DNA of 63,983 nt, the filler included, from Parasitella parasitica NRRL 2501 (lineage: Eukaryota; Fungi; Mucoromycota), in NCBI GenBank assembly GCA_025201805.1. It is 4 parts of 4 records of this genome, joined end to end, with 100 filler letters (N's around TTAATTAATTAA, not from the genome) between each part and the next. Parts side by side here need not be neighbours in the genome. Positions count along the whole stretch, not along the records: positions 1 to 20,467 come from MU619461.1; 3 more parts are not named here. One strand, given 5' to 3'. The notes beneath the pieces are model-generated. The model saw nothing but the letters and a program-made list of their open reading frames with translations, did no database searches and had not been told where the DNA came from. The stretch's first letter is position 1, and each line of letters begins with the position of its first letter. The position numbers and the translations under genes were made by a program. Shown here one piece after another: positions 1 through 12,302 of this stretch.

Positions 1-973
1 CCCAGTTGCTAATGGTGTTGGTGCTGGTATTGGTACTGGTGCTGGTGCTGGTTTTGGTATTAGTGTTGGTGTTGGTGTTGGAAGAAGTTGGCTTTTCTTC
101 TTCTGATGAGATAGACTCATATTTTCTCTTTAAGGCAGCAGGAAGTAGTTTTCCATCTTCTAATATTTTCTTGCATTTCTCAACGTCAGGAACTTCTTCC
201 GATAATGTTGATATCGCCTTTGATAAAACACTTTCTGCATTTTCGCACACCAGCAATAGATCTTCTGTAGGCTTTGTACTTTCATTCAATTGTTCTTGGA
301 ACACCCGTGTGGCAATTGAATACAATAATTGAATTGTGGAGTCATTGCGGAAAGGGTTTACTAAAATCGAAGGGTGTTGACTGATAAAAAATGTGGATAA
401 AGCAACAAAAGGAGAAAGGGGTGATATCAAGCTTGTTTCTATCGAGCTGCCACTCACAAAGTAACACATCTCGGCCCAAGGTTGGCAAGAGTATTGACGA
501 AGAAAAGGGTGTTTTTTGTTTGGTACTGTTTTCTTGGAGACCTCATACTTCATCGAAGAGATAACAAATGTTTACACAATCGGTGGTGTTTTATTGTGTT
601 GGCGATAGATTGATATGGCATAAGACATGAGCCTCAAAACAAAGTCGTTGTCAACTGTATGCTGAATTTCCACCAAAATAGGGAGAAAGCTGCCGTTTTG
701 TGGGGAGTTGGGTAGATATAAAACGTCTGAAATAGTACGAGTTGGCCATTCTGTCGGCCAAGGTGAATAGTTACTTCTTCCTTCGGGTCCAAATATAGTC
801 TCAATGACAATGTCGATCACAGTGGAATTCAATAAAATTTGTTTCGACATCAAGTCTGTGCCTGGTCGTAATTTATGTGGCAGTTGTGAGGATAAAGTTC
901 TCTGGGGAGGTCCGTCATTTTGTGTTTTAGTTTCAGATTGATTGATACCATATGAAGTGAGAAAAACACGATA
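1..973 (-). pseudogene. PD-(D/E)XK nuclease-like (Rpn/YhgA-like core) Mucorales-family gene; one in-frame stop; runs off the window
   Basis: One minus-strand frame runs from a probable acceptor AG at ~974: ...KLRPGTDLMSKQILL...SDVLYLPNSPQNGSFLPILVEIQHTVDNDFVLRLMSYAISIYRQHNKTPPIV. A TAA follows at 572-574, then the same frame continues TFVISSMKYEV...YSCQPWAEMCYFVSGSSIETSLISPLSPFVALSTFF... to a T/N-rich tail at the window edge. D...ExQ spacing matches PD-(D/E)XK motifs II/III. Confidence 0.6.
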
Positions 974-1166
974 CTAGGTATCATCCTTGCTTCTTCGATT
1001 AATTTAGCAAATCTCTTCCCTCTTCGCATTTTCTCTTGAAAACATACATTATGATTAATACCAACAATCACTAATGGCATGATATTTTGCATATGTTTAC
1101 TTCTTTATTACGCTAATTAATTGACAACACTATAACTTATCCTTCATGATAAAGTAGTCAATAGTA

Positions 1167-2717
1167 CGGCCCCCTAAATATCTCGTAAACTGTGAAAAAA
1201 AAAACAGTGTTTTATGTTTTTGGAAGAGTGTCGCACAATTCAGGAAAATATTGTCATGATTTTCAAAAAAAAGATGTCGTATGATCTTAGTGATGTTTTT
1301 TTTTCTTTCTCTTCTATAGCTAATTAATACCACAATGAGTTTTTCGTTCTATTTTGAAGATGGTTTAGGAAATGTTGTTGATGAATATGGGAATGACCCA
1401 ATGGACATCACTGACAATGAAAATCCTTTCAAGCTTTCAAGCTGGAAGAATTAAGTTCTTACAGCACTTATGTAGCTTTAAGAGCTAAATCAGTAGATAG
1501 TGAGGTGTTGCAAGGGTGTCAAGAAGAAATGCCGGAGAGTGTTGATAAGCAATCATCTGTCTCAAAACAAAAAACTCATTAAAAGGCAATCGCATCAGTA
1601 ACGAGATTAAAGCCCATGCTGTTCACTTAGTTGATATTCATCCTAGGAACAGTGCAACAGCTGTGGTCTTAGAGCTCAAGTTGGAGCCTAGAACTGTACA
1701 GAGATGGTACAAGACTTGGAAAGAGGACCCGGACGCATTGTTCAAGACTATAGGCCGCCCAAGAATTATTGAACCTGAAGGAGAACTAGCAGAGGCGACC
1801 AAAAGCTTAGTGTCTGACTTCTATTACAAGTATCCCACTGCCACCATAAATCAGTTGATGGATCAGATGACTAGTAGCTTTAAGGGCTTAATCATTTCAA
1901 AAAGAACGCTCTACCGTTATATGGCTGACTTATGGATTTTCACCATTAAAAAGGTTCAATTGGAGCCTGTAGAAAGAAACACCCCAGAGAGAATCCAAAC
2001 AAGAAAAGAATGGGTAGAAATGGTGAAAGAGTTGGGCGTTGACTATATGAGCAACTGTATTTTCATCGATGAGTCAGGGTTCAATGTAAACCTGAGAAGA
2101 ACTCAAGGCTCGGCACCAAAAGGGGAGGCTGCTAAAGTCAAAGTATTAACTGCGAAAGTCAATTCAATTTCTATCCTGGGTGCCATTTCTGCTAAAAGCT
2201 TGATTAAAATCAGCTTGAGAAAGCCCATGCCACCTTCAAAGAAAAGAAAGCTAGCCGGTGGCAGAAAGCAGCAAACAAAGGGCACGGTAATCAATCACTA
2301 TGTCAATTTTATTAAGGACGTTCTTGCTGAGATGGACAAATTTCCTGAAATGAAGGGACATTATCTGATCATGGATAATGCGCCCATACATACAGGTAAA
2401 ATAATTGGTGAGATGATTGAAGAGCGCGGCTACAAGTGCATTTACTTGCCACCTTACTCTCCAGAACTCAACCCAATAGAACAATTTTGGTCTGTTGTTA
2501 AGAGTAGTGTGAAAAAGAGAGTTTGCGCTTGAAAAAGATACTATTCCTCAAATAATTGCAGATGCTAGCAACCAAGTTGCCCAGTCATCTTTTGAAGGGT
2601 TTGCACACTATTTTCCTAAATTGTGCGATACTCTTTTCTAGAAACATACGACACTGTTTTATTAAAAAGTGCGACACTTTAATTTTTTTTCTTGCGACAT
2701 CATTTTGGCAAAAGGTG
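1167..2717 (+). mobile_element. Tc1/IS630-mariner DNA transposon (degenerate, asymmetric termini)
   Basis: Imperfect inverted repeat ~1197-1250 (aaaacagtgttttatgtttttggaagagtgtcgcacaattcaggaaaata) versus ~2609-2663. TA dinucleotides at 1165-1166 and 2718-2719. Encloses a DDE transposase. Confidence 0.8.
1335..2612 (+). pseudogene. Tc1/IS630 DDE transposase, frameshifted
   Basis: Starts MSFSFYFEDGLGNVVDEYGNDPMD at 1335 and is broken by frameshifts/stops. Core ORF 1663-2532 has an HTH, CIFIDESGFN, LIMDNAPIH and YLPPYSPELNPIEQFWS. A frameshift near 2515 continues REFALEKDTIPQIIADASNQVAQSSFEGFAHY straight into the TIR. Confidence 0.9.
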
Positions 2718-3077
2718 TATTATTATGTGATTACTAACGAAAACCGATCATGCTGATATAATAAAAAACGTCCCCAGGATAACAACAGCAAGTCTTGAAA
2801 ATTAAATGGAGCATTTTTCTTTCTCAATAAAAACCAAGAAGCTGAATACACTCAATAAACCACCAGTGAGACTGTAAATAATACTTTACTTTGTGAGGCT
2901 CTGTGAAAATGTCGGTCAAGACAGCCTACTTGCTTTGTTAAAAAAGACCTTCTTTCCGACATCTTTTGAGTTAACGATCTTTATCAGGTGCCAGATAAAT
3001 ATGACATACGGTATTATATTAGTTTTTATTTTCTTTTTTGAATAATAAAGCGAGGTATGTATAAAAATTAAGTTAAA

Positions 3078-3109
<32 letters not shown>

Positions 3110-3498
3110 GATGATTACAAGTAATATCAAATGCTGATAGCAGAATTAGCAGAATTATTTTACCCACCAGGGCATAAAAAAAATGTGAAAATGCAACATA
3201 AATGTGTATATATAAGGGAAGAGTGGCATAGAGTTGAGCAAATGTAAAAAAGCTAATTGATACAATTGTTGTCGTAAACATAAAAGAAATATAAACATTG
3301 ATGTGTGAGAATCAACGATGAATGTGATACATGCAATGAGATGAATGAATGATTGAATTAGCTATGCTATCGTACATAGTCGTATTAAAATGGGGTTTGA
3401 GGGGACACGAAGAGGAGAGGTTCACGAGAAAAAGGGGCGATTGATAGAAAGGATTCATAATATTGGATCAACCAATAGAGATGATTAAAGAAAAGGAT

Positions 3499-4170
3499 TT
3501 AGCTTTGACGTGATGCCTTTCTCTTGATGATGCTGTTACTGCCGACTTTTGTGGATCTTATTTCACATTCTTTCCAGTTTCTGTTTCCCATATCTTGCGC
3601 AACGGCTTTCCAAGCTTGCTTGAATAATCTCGAGTTTTTCTTGATAGCCAGCATTAAAAGACGGTACTCAGAGTCAGACCACTCTCGTTGTTCCAACGAC
3701 TTTGCTTGCAGTGTCTTGAAGCGGCCCCAGCAGCATCCTCTTGAACGATGGGGCAGATAAACGGTAGAAATCATGGCCCAGGATAAACCTTGAGAATAGC
3801 CTTGTTGTAATAACTGATCCTCTTCAGAAGACCATGGAGTACGTGTCTGGGAATGCATCTGGCGATTACCGTTTGAGCGTTGGACAATAGGTCCAGCATT
3901 GTCAACAGCAGAAACGGTAGCAGGAGCAACGGCAGCAGTAGAGGCAGAGGCAGTAATAGGTGAAGACGGAGTATCAATTTCTGGAGATGAAGGAAATGAA
4001 TAGTAAGAGCTACTGGATGAACTTGCTGGACTGCCGGGAGATGAAGGGCATGATGATGAAGTCCAAGAAGGCTGGCGCTGGTGGAATTGATTTGCTAGTT
4101 TTTGCTCATGCGAATACAAATTGGTTGTCTCGATGGATTGTTGAGAGCACAATAAACTTTTGATATCCAT
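3499..4170 (-). CDS. Myb/SANT-domain transcription factor (two Myb repeats, Ser-rich N-terminus)
   Basis: RTPWSSEEDQLL...LSWAMIS...LPHRSRGCCWGRF and REWSDSEYRLL...WKAVAQDMGNRNWKECEIR; single-exon ORF of 223 aa. Confidence 0.85.
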   Translation of the reverse strand: MDIKSLLCSQQSIETTNLYSHEQKLANQFHQRQPSWTSSSCPSSPGSPASSSSSSYYSFPSSPEIDTPSSPITASASTAAVAPATVSAVDNAGPIVQRSNGNRQMHSQTRTPWSSEEDQLLQQGYSQGLSWAMISTVYLPHRSRGCCWGRFKTLQAKSLEQREWSDSEYRLLMLAIKKNSRLFKQAWKAVAQDMGNRNWKECEIRSTKVGSNSIIKRKASRQS

Positions 4171-7100
4171 TATATTTTGCAGTTTTAGTGGTTGAGGGTA
4201 AGAAAGCGTTCGTTTACAAAGAAGAAGTAATGAGGAAGGAAAAAAGATGATTTTTTTAAAAAAACAAGTGATTTCAGAAAAAACTCTATCTTTATATAGC
4301 TTCTCTATTGTGCCCCTTTCATATATGCTCTCCTCGATTGTTTGAGATCAGCCCAAATCATCCCAAAAAGCTGCACCTGTCAACCATTTCCTCTCTCTCT
4401 CTTTGAAAAATAGGAGATGGATATATTAGACTAAATGCAAGGTTACACGAACAAGTAGGATCATAGTGTCAGATTTCATTGTACAATAGCTGTACCTGTG
4501 TGTATCTGTGTGTGTGTGTAAGTGTGTATGTGCGCTTTTCATGTATCAGTTCCTGGTTTTTGATTAGGCCCACACAGATAATACCAGCCAGCCATTTGTA
4601 TAATAAATGAGGAGCTTGCGATATATGATTTGCGATTCATTTGATCAGAATAAAATTAATCGCAATATTGCCGTAAGCTCAGCTAATCTCCTATACAGTC
4701 TTGTAGATTGGATTAGTCATTTTATCATGACTTATTCTAGGTGTTGTCTCTCAAAAAAGACAAAATGGGACCTCATTTTCGTTTTACTAAATGAGTCTAT
4801 TAATCCGACATGATAAATTCATGTATACGATCATGGTTCATTTTGCTATATTCTAGCCTTGGTACTGCTTGAATCCCTCAATTCCTGCCTGTTCCTCCAC
4901 GTTTGTAAAGGAGATGAAAGGGAATGGGAGAGAAAAAAAAAATAGCGAATCGTTTAGCACGCTAAACAAGAAATAGAGAAGCCATCTACATTCTATAAAG
5001 AACCCTTGTTGCAATCACTACAGCGAAAGAGATGCGCTTGACTTCACGTTGTCAAGGGGAGGGAGACAAAAAGGGATCCTAAGCTAGTCTGTAATATCTC
5101 GCCTTTTCATTTCGATTTGTATATTTTATTATTTTCAAGGAGCATCTGAATACCCTCCTCGTAATTCCACCTTCTTTATTTCTATTCCTTCCTCCTCTTC
5201 AACCTACATTTGCTTTGAATGCCTGCTGCTGCTGCTGCTGCCCGCTGCCTGCTGCTCTATTTTCTGCGGGATGTGGGTGCTTCTGCTTTTACTGCGTTGC
5301 AAAAAAACATCCCCTTGCCTCATGTCATGATGATAAATTTTGCTAAATAATAGAGAAAAACGCGCGTTGGTCCCGTTTTTATTAATATTCTTGTGCAGTT
5401 CTTTTTGGTCATGCTAGTATTAAAACCAATATAATGATTATTGAATCAAAATTTTATTGACATTCTTTGCTGACCCAGCGAATTTTCGTTTTTAGTTGCA
5501 TGCAACATCTCGTTTCTTTTCTTTACTAGCGTAAATATACAGATCCATTGCTCGATTTTCGCAACTTGAGGATTTTTGTTTAGCTCTATTTTTCCATGAA
5601 ATATGCCATGATGGACTTTTTGTAATAGTCATCCCCTTAATTTTGTATATATATTATCATGATGCGCTTGTACATGATGCGTGAGTGTGTGTGTGTATGT
5701 GTTTTTTTTTACTCGTTACTATGATCCCCTATAGCATCTAAAAACCAAAAATAAAATAAAAAAGTAACCACTCTCCTAAAGTTTTACTGTAGATTAAAAT
5801 TTAGTGTTATCATAATTGAGTAAAACATCCACGTTTTTTTTCTTTTTTTAGTGTCTATATCAATAGCAATGATACCAGCTTACTTCAATAAACCGCCATA
5901 TTATATATATTTATGTACCTCGTTCAAAATGTAAAACGCCCAGACGATCGCAAGATTACATAAATGTATCTATTGTCATGAGTGAATAGATATGTATATT
6001 ACTGCTTCATCTAATTGTACTGTATACTATTTGAGCATTTAAAAATTAAGATGCAAGGTCCATCTAAAGTACATTTTAATACTTTAGCATGCTATGAAGG
6101 AGGAGCATACAACAAGAATCTCGGATGATATGCAGCGAGGGAGTAAGACCATATGCATATATCCATTAATTTCTATATTCAATTTCAATAAATAGGAGGT
6201 CGTTCAATGTTTATTCAGGGTCTGGGCATCCGTGCATACATCTTTTCCAGTGAGCAATTCATAAGTTTAGAAAGAAATGAAAGATACGAATCTGTTACAA
6301 ATTGGCTGTACCAACACTATTTCCTTTTATAAAAGTATATTTCCAGCACTGGCTACCACTAGATGTTGAAAATACACAGAAAGCCTGTATCGTAGGCACA
6401 ATGTCTATGTATGAGATGTATCAGCGCTGCAATATGATACATTAATAAAGCCTTGGTTGTGAAGAAAGCACAAACTATGCAGTAAAACTACAGAACATAC
6501 GTTTATTTTGCTTACTGGGTATTCAAATCATACATCGCAGCCATTTTTAATGATTTGTTGACGCTAGACCCTAAACCTGAATACATACATACATACTTAC
6601 AAATGTATACATGCTCACAACAGGGCTTACTTTTGGGGGGGGGGGGCGCGAAAATAAAAAAAGAGTAATATCTACATTGATTAAACTTACTAATGCAAGT
6701 TTTCGAAAAATGCGATATGTGGGCTAATTGGCGCATTGTACAATGGATGGTGATGAATACATAACCTTGCGTATCAAGACCCTCTTCCAATTTGTTCTTT
6801 AAAAGCCATGCTTTTTTCCTATATTGCAGATTATAATAACAGCCATGCCCTGCTTTCTCACCACCTCAGGAATTCTTTCATGTAACGCATCACACTTTAT
6901 GAAAGGAAATTCAGCAACTTAATTACTTGCCTGCCTTGAGTTGCATATGTGTATACAACTTTTTGCATTAGTAAAGAGTCTCTTCCATGTAGGTGTAATC
7001 TTGTGTGCGTGCGTTTCTTTTCCCAGGCTTTAGCCGCGGATGTTTCTGGTAGGATGACCTCGATATGTGCGTGTGCGTGTGTGTGTGTGCGTTCAAACAC

Positions 7101-8106
7101 AGTAGTTGTATCATACATGATTCTCTCCCCTTTCGTTTTGCTAAACTTTCTCGGCAATGATATGGTTACATTTAATAAATGTCATGACAAGTCTCACTGT
7201 AATTCTCCTGCTTTGGAATCACTCCTTTAACAATTGCCTTTTGTCTGATCCCCTTTCAATTGAGCGATGATTTGCTTTATTTCTCCCTTTTTGCTTTGTT
7301 TTCATTTGTTAGCAAAACCCGGCGATTCTTGCACAAAATGTACATATCGATCACTTTCTTTGCTCTCCTTGCTCAGTTTTTGAAATAGTCATACCATCTT
7401 TTCTTCTCCTATATATGTTGGATAGCCACGCAGCAATGCCTTTTATGGGCTTGAGCATCGGATTATATCATCTTCGCTAGGATCGTCTTGTAATTGCTTT
7501 CTATAAAGCATCTGATTTCAGTTTCTTTTTTTTTGTTCTTTTCTCATTTAAAAAACAATTGGCTATGTACAACGATTTCAGTAAATCCAAACATAAACAG
7601 ATGTAAACATAAAAATAAAAATAAAATCTGCCACGTTAAATCATGCCATGTAGAAACGTGCTTTTTCACAGCCTAAAGCTTCGGTGTTGATATCATAAAT
7701 GTTAAGAATATTGCATTTCAAAACTATCGTCCAGGGCAGCCAACTTAAACTTAAAAAATCTCGGCACAACTTCTCATTTAGTCAATTCTTGATTGAATTT
7801 TCATGATGTAAAATTGATCCTTGACCTAGAAAACCCATGTTTCAGGGCAAAAAAGTTCTTGAAAGCGAAAAAAAAAACATGGTTTGCGCAGTGAATAGTA
7901 AATGGTGCATGAAAACCAAGCTTTTTTTTCTTTCTTAGATGTAAATGTCAATTCCTACAACATATGCCCTAATATATTTCTTGAATTTTTACAGTCTTTT
8001 AATGATAAGGTAGAGGGGAAGAAAAAGAAAAAAAAAAGAGACAAAATGGATGATAAACAAGGAATTCTAAATTAATATATAACAAGGCGGGATTTTTTTT
8101 TGTTTA

Positions 8107-8965
8107 CTAGAATTGCTCAACTTGACCTTTGTGATAGTAACTAATCAAATCAACACTGAATTCAGCAAGTTGATGGTAAAAAAGTTTACAAAGATGGGCT
8201 TGATTTGTTGAGAGAGTTTCACCTTCCATACAAATGGTATATGGGACAAGCAATGTGACAATACCGTTCTTCAGCACAGTAGGCATCCCAAGTGATCTGA
8301 TAAGAGGCTCCATGTTGTGAGGCATAGGATCAGCGCCACGCTTGACAGGACCTTCAGGAAGTGTAATTGTTTCGGTAGCAATGGCTCCAGAACGAGCATA
8401 ATCAGGCTTTACGAATTCAGCAAAATATTTCTGGACCTCTGCAGGTTGCTTGTTTGTGAAAAGAAGACCAACCTCGCTTGATAATGCCTATGTCAGACCC
8501 CAACATCAATACAAATTTCACAATTGTCGCAGATCCAATATTATTATTACCTTGGCAATTTCAGACAAACGCTCCTTATACTCTTCTTCAGTAGTTGTAC
8601 CAAGAGCCTTGGCCATCACACGATTCTTGCCATAAAAGAAACGAGAATCTTTGAATTCATGGCGGATCTCCTTAAGATATGTGTTGCGCATGTCTTTAAC
8701 AGAATACAAATACAAGTAATCATATTTATCAACACATTGATGAATCTATAATGGTATATACTTCAGCACGATGGAATTCCTTCTACCAATGTATGTGTAT
8801 AATAATTACATCTTCAATCAACTTTTCCTTTCCTTCACGACCCTTCTTATCAGTTTGAGTTAAGGCAACTATACAAAACCTTTAAACAAGGATTCTACAA
8901 CAAAAAGCACTTTTTTTTTATTGTCGAATCAACTTACCAACAGTACTACGTTTTGACTTGGGCAT
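8107..8965 (-). CDS. MRT4: Ribosome assembly factor Mrt4 (mRNA turnover protein 4), multi-exon
   Basis: MPKSKRST...ALTQTDKKGREGKEKLIE...DMRNTYLKEIR...SRFFYGKNRVMAKALG...DYARSGAIATETITLPEGP...MPHNMEPLIRSLGMPTVLKNG; short GT-AG introns. Confidence 0.95.
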
Positions 8966-9390
8966 ATTGTATATTTGAATCAGGAAGAGACAAGTTGCTT
9001 TTTTTTTTATCTATCAAACTTTTCTTTTTGAGAGAAGTTGCTCTCGTCTTTACAGTCACCGGAGGGTAGAGAGTCACCCAAATCAAAGTTGTGGCTGCAT
9101 CAATGGGTTCAATATGCAGCTCAACTATAATTCAAACATGTCACTCATGCTCATGTTGTATAAAATAAAAACGGTGCTGTCAATGTGCCTCCATAATCGG
9201 TTGTTATGGCATTTTGGTTTCCTGGTTGCTAGGGTTGGAGATAAATCATTGACCAATTTGATACAGAACTCAAACAGATAAAAAAAAAGAAAAGTTGGCA
9301 TGATAAATAGAAATGCCATGCACTGCTCTATGTAGATCTGTTGACAAAAGAATACGTAGGATATGTACATGCTTTTTTATGTTATTGTTT

Positions 9391-10956
9391 TTAAACAATT
9401 ATATGCTTTCTAGCCCAAAGACTCAACCTATTGATAGACTTTTTCTTTTGCTGTTGTTCTTTTTGAGGATGTACAGACATTTCTTGAGGGATACTTGTAG
9501 TTGTAGATAAATCAGATATGGATCTTCTCATCATGCAATGTTCAATTACATTGTTATCACAAGATGTAATACTGTATAAATCGCTAGGGTAACTGTTTGT
9601 TCTTGGGAATGATGATGATGGCGATGGGGATATTGCATGGTGAGTTGCAGATTCTTGTTGCCCTTGAGCGTTGTTATATACACTGGGAGATGATCTATTT
9701 AGCAAGTCCCATTGAGAATATTCGTCTTCTAGTTGGAATGGTGAGAGGGGGATAATGGGTAGATCGAATAATGTGCTGGTTGTTTTTAGTGCCGTTGGCG
9801 TGATAAAGCGTGCGTTTTCATCGCTGTTGGTAAAGAATGGGTGATTTAAAGCCTCTGTTGATGTAATGCGCTTAGAAGGATCAAATTGAAGTAGCTTTGA
9901 AAGTAAATCAAGACCGTCAGTCGAGATTTGATAGGGTTGCAATACAGATGAAAGGCAATCAACTCTTGGTGAAATCTAGAATTCAGATATTCAGGTTATG
10001 ATTAAGATAGTGTCCCTATATTCTTGATGTCATTTCTTATATACCTTTGGAAATTGGAAACCCATCTTTTGAGCTAATTTCACACCATCCTTCCACTCAC
10101 CACCTATGCCTATATACATATTTACTAAAGGTGATGGCATTTTCTGCTGTGTCAATAATTGGTGATAGTTCTTTTTCCGAATTGCAGTTGACGTAGTACC
10201 AGGATTACCAAGGACCTGACATATTCTAAACAACTGATCAACCTCTGATTGCCCTGGGAACAATGGTCGCAAAGTAACTAGCTCTGCGAAAATAGTGCCC
10301 ACTGCCCAAAGGTCTATAGGATAAGAGTATGATGGTGATTTCAAGAGAATTTCTGGTGCTCTATACCAGCGTGTAGAGGTGTACATTGTGTATGGAGGTT
10401 TTGATTTTATGCTTGTTGCTAAGCCAAAGTCTGCTAGTTTAACCCGCATAGAGCCGTCATCGTATGAAATTAGCAGGTTTTCTGGTTTCATATCTCTGTG
10501 GAATATGCCTTCTACATGGTGAATGTGATGTAGCCCAGATAGTACTTGAAACAAGATAGTCTTCACTTCTTTGAGCATGATTTTATCAAGTGCTTCCTTT
10601 CTACTCTTGATTAGCTGATACAGATTACCACCATTCATGTATTCCATGACAAAGTAAAAGTCCTTTGTTACATCCAGAAATGTTTCATATAGCTGGACAA
10701 TGTTCGGATGAGTGGTAATCTTCTTCAGAGTGTTGAATTCTTTGATATGGTCACCATTCAACTTTTTCTTCATAATTTTCATGGCCACCTGTTTGTTATA
10801 TGGTCAGTTGTCGGCATACAACGCAGACAACAGAAAATAACTTACTATCTCATCCGATGCTTTTCTTTTGGCCCTGTGAACAGAACCAAACGAGCCATCG
10901 CCTATTTGTTCAAGTAGTTCATAGTGTATCAATGGTGATTCTTTTCTTGGTTCCAT
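9391..10956 (-). CDS. Ime2/MAK/ICK-family CMGC Ser/Thr protein kinase
   Basis: IGDGSFGSV, VAMK, HPNIVQL, IFHRDMKPENLL, KLADFGLA, KSKPPYTMYTSTRWYRAPE, DLWAVG, LFPGQSEVDQL, W.DG.KLA insert; introns at ~10790-10845 and ~9978-10043. Confidence 0.9.
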
Positions 10957-11655
10957 GATCTAATACAACGAAAACAGAGGAAAAGAAAGCAAATAGCGCC
11001 CTTTTAATATTTATATGCGTACGGATTGTATAAAATGCTCAAAATCAGAGCACATGCACCCTTTACATTACAGTAGTATATGCTGCGCTGTACAGGCCTC
11101 CTTACACTAGTTGAAAATTTCATGATTACTCAGACAATCTGTCTAAAAGAAAAACTTGACACCACTAAGGATTCACTTACCCCTGATGTATTTATATCTT
11201 CAAAACGTTCCTTACTGGTGTACTGTATAAACAATGCCCTAAAAATATCCGTACTCTAATATACAAATGCACAACTAATGCCGGGAAACAGGGACAAGAT
11301 AGGTGTATAGCCACAAGACGACGTATTGTGATACATGCTATATATGTAGTAACATCATCGCTTGATAACATTTTGAATATACATATGTCAAAGACACCAG
11401 CTTGATGTCTTTTATCTCAATAATGAATGTCCTATCTCTAATCTGTGTAAATTCATTGTAATTCCACTCACAATCAAATTTAAATCTTGTGTGATTATGA
11501 TGGCAGAATTGTCGGCACTACTGCAGGCAATGGAAAGCTTGCAAGAAACCAGCTAATTTAGTAGTAGGTACTACAGGAAAGTGTCCAAACTGCTTTAGAA
11601 GGGTCTTTTATATATATTGTAGATGGGATACAGTTGTCCTGCAATGAAATTTTAA

Positions 11656-12154
11656 TTAATGTTTTTTACATCCATGGCACGCTCCTTTCCATTCGCTCCC
11701 ATCCCTATACACTTCTCTCTTCCAGATAGGACATCTGCGCTTGAGTTCATCGATGAGATAGCGAGAAGCATCCATTGAATCTGCTCTGTGGGTTGAGGAT
11801 GTTGCAACTACTACGCTGACTTTACCGACTGGCACAATCCCCGTCCTGTGATATATGGCTACATGCTTCAGATTCCACGTATTTCGTGCTTCTTGGATTA
11901 GTTCTGTCAAAACCTTTTTTGCCATGGGTATATATGCTTCATATTCCAATTCAACCACTGCTTTGTCTATCATATTCAGCTGTTATGCAGATGAACGACC
12001 CACTCGTGCGTCTGTCTGTACCTTCAAAAGTGTCTCTTGTTGTGCCCGAAAATGTCGTGATAGCACCAGCTCCATCATCCTGTACCAGTTGCGAAATAAA
12101 ATCTAATGTGGGCAGTCCATCAGCAGATATTTCGACAATGTCTCTGCAAGCCAT
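11656..12154 (-). CDS. MOCS2: Molybdopterin synthase catalytic subunit (MoaE/MOCS2B/CnxH)
   Basis: GAGAITTFSGTTRDTFE, intron 11967-12021, then KAVVELEYEAYIPMA...HRTGIVPVGKVSVVVATSSTHR...IDELKRRCPIWKRE. Confidence 0.93.
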
Positions 12155-12302
12155 TGCGTTGTGCACAGGTATAGAGAGAAACGTGTGTTGTTCATTTCCC
12201 TTCATTAGTCAGTCATTTCAATACCGTCACAACATAAAAACCCCCATCAGTGAGATACGGTACGAGATTCTTTCTTCCTCTTTTCCATAAACTTTCTACA
12301 AG

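Noticed and set aside
6-332. Plus-strand ORF with a poly-VL run
   Set aside because: Antisense of the T/N-repeat tail of the minus-strand gene.
12155-12300. Possible upstream MOCS2A ORF (bicistronic MOCS2 as in animals)
   Set aside because: No MoaD-like ORF ending in GG, and too little space before the divergent gene.
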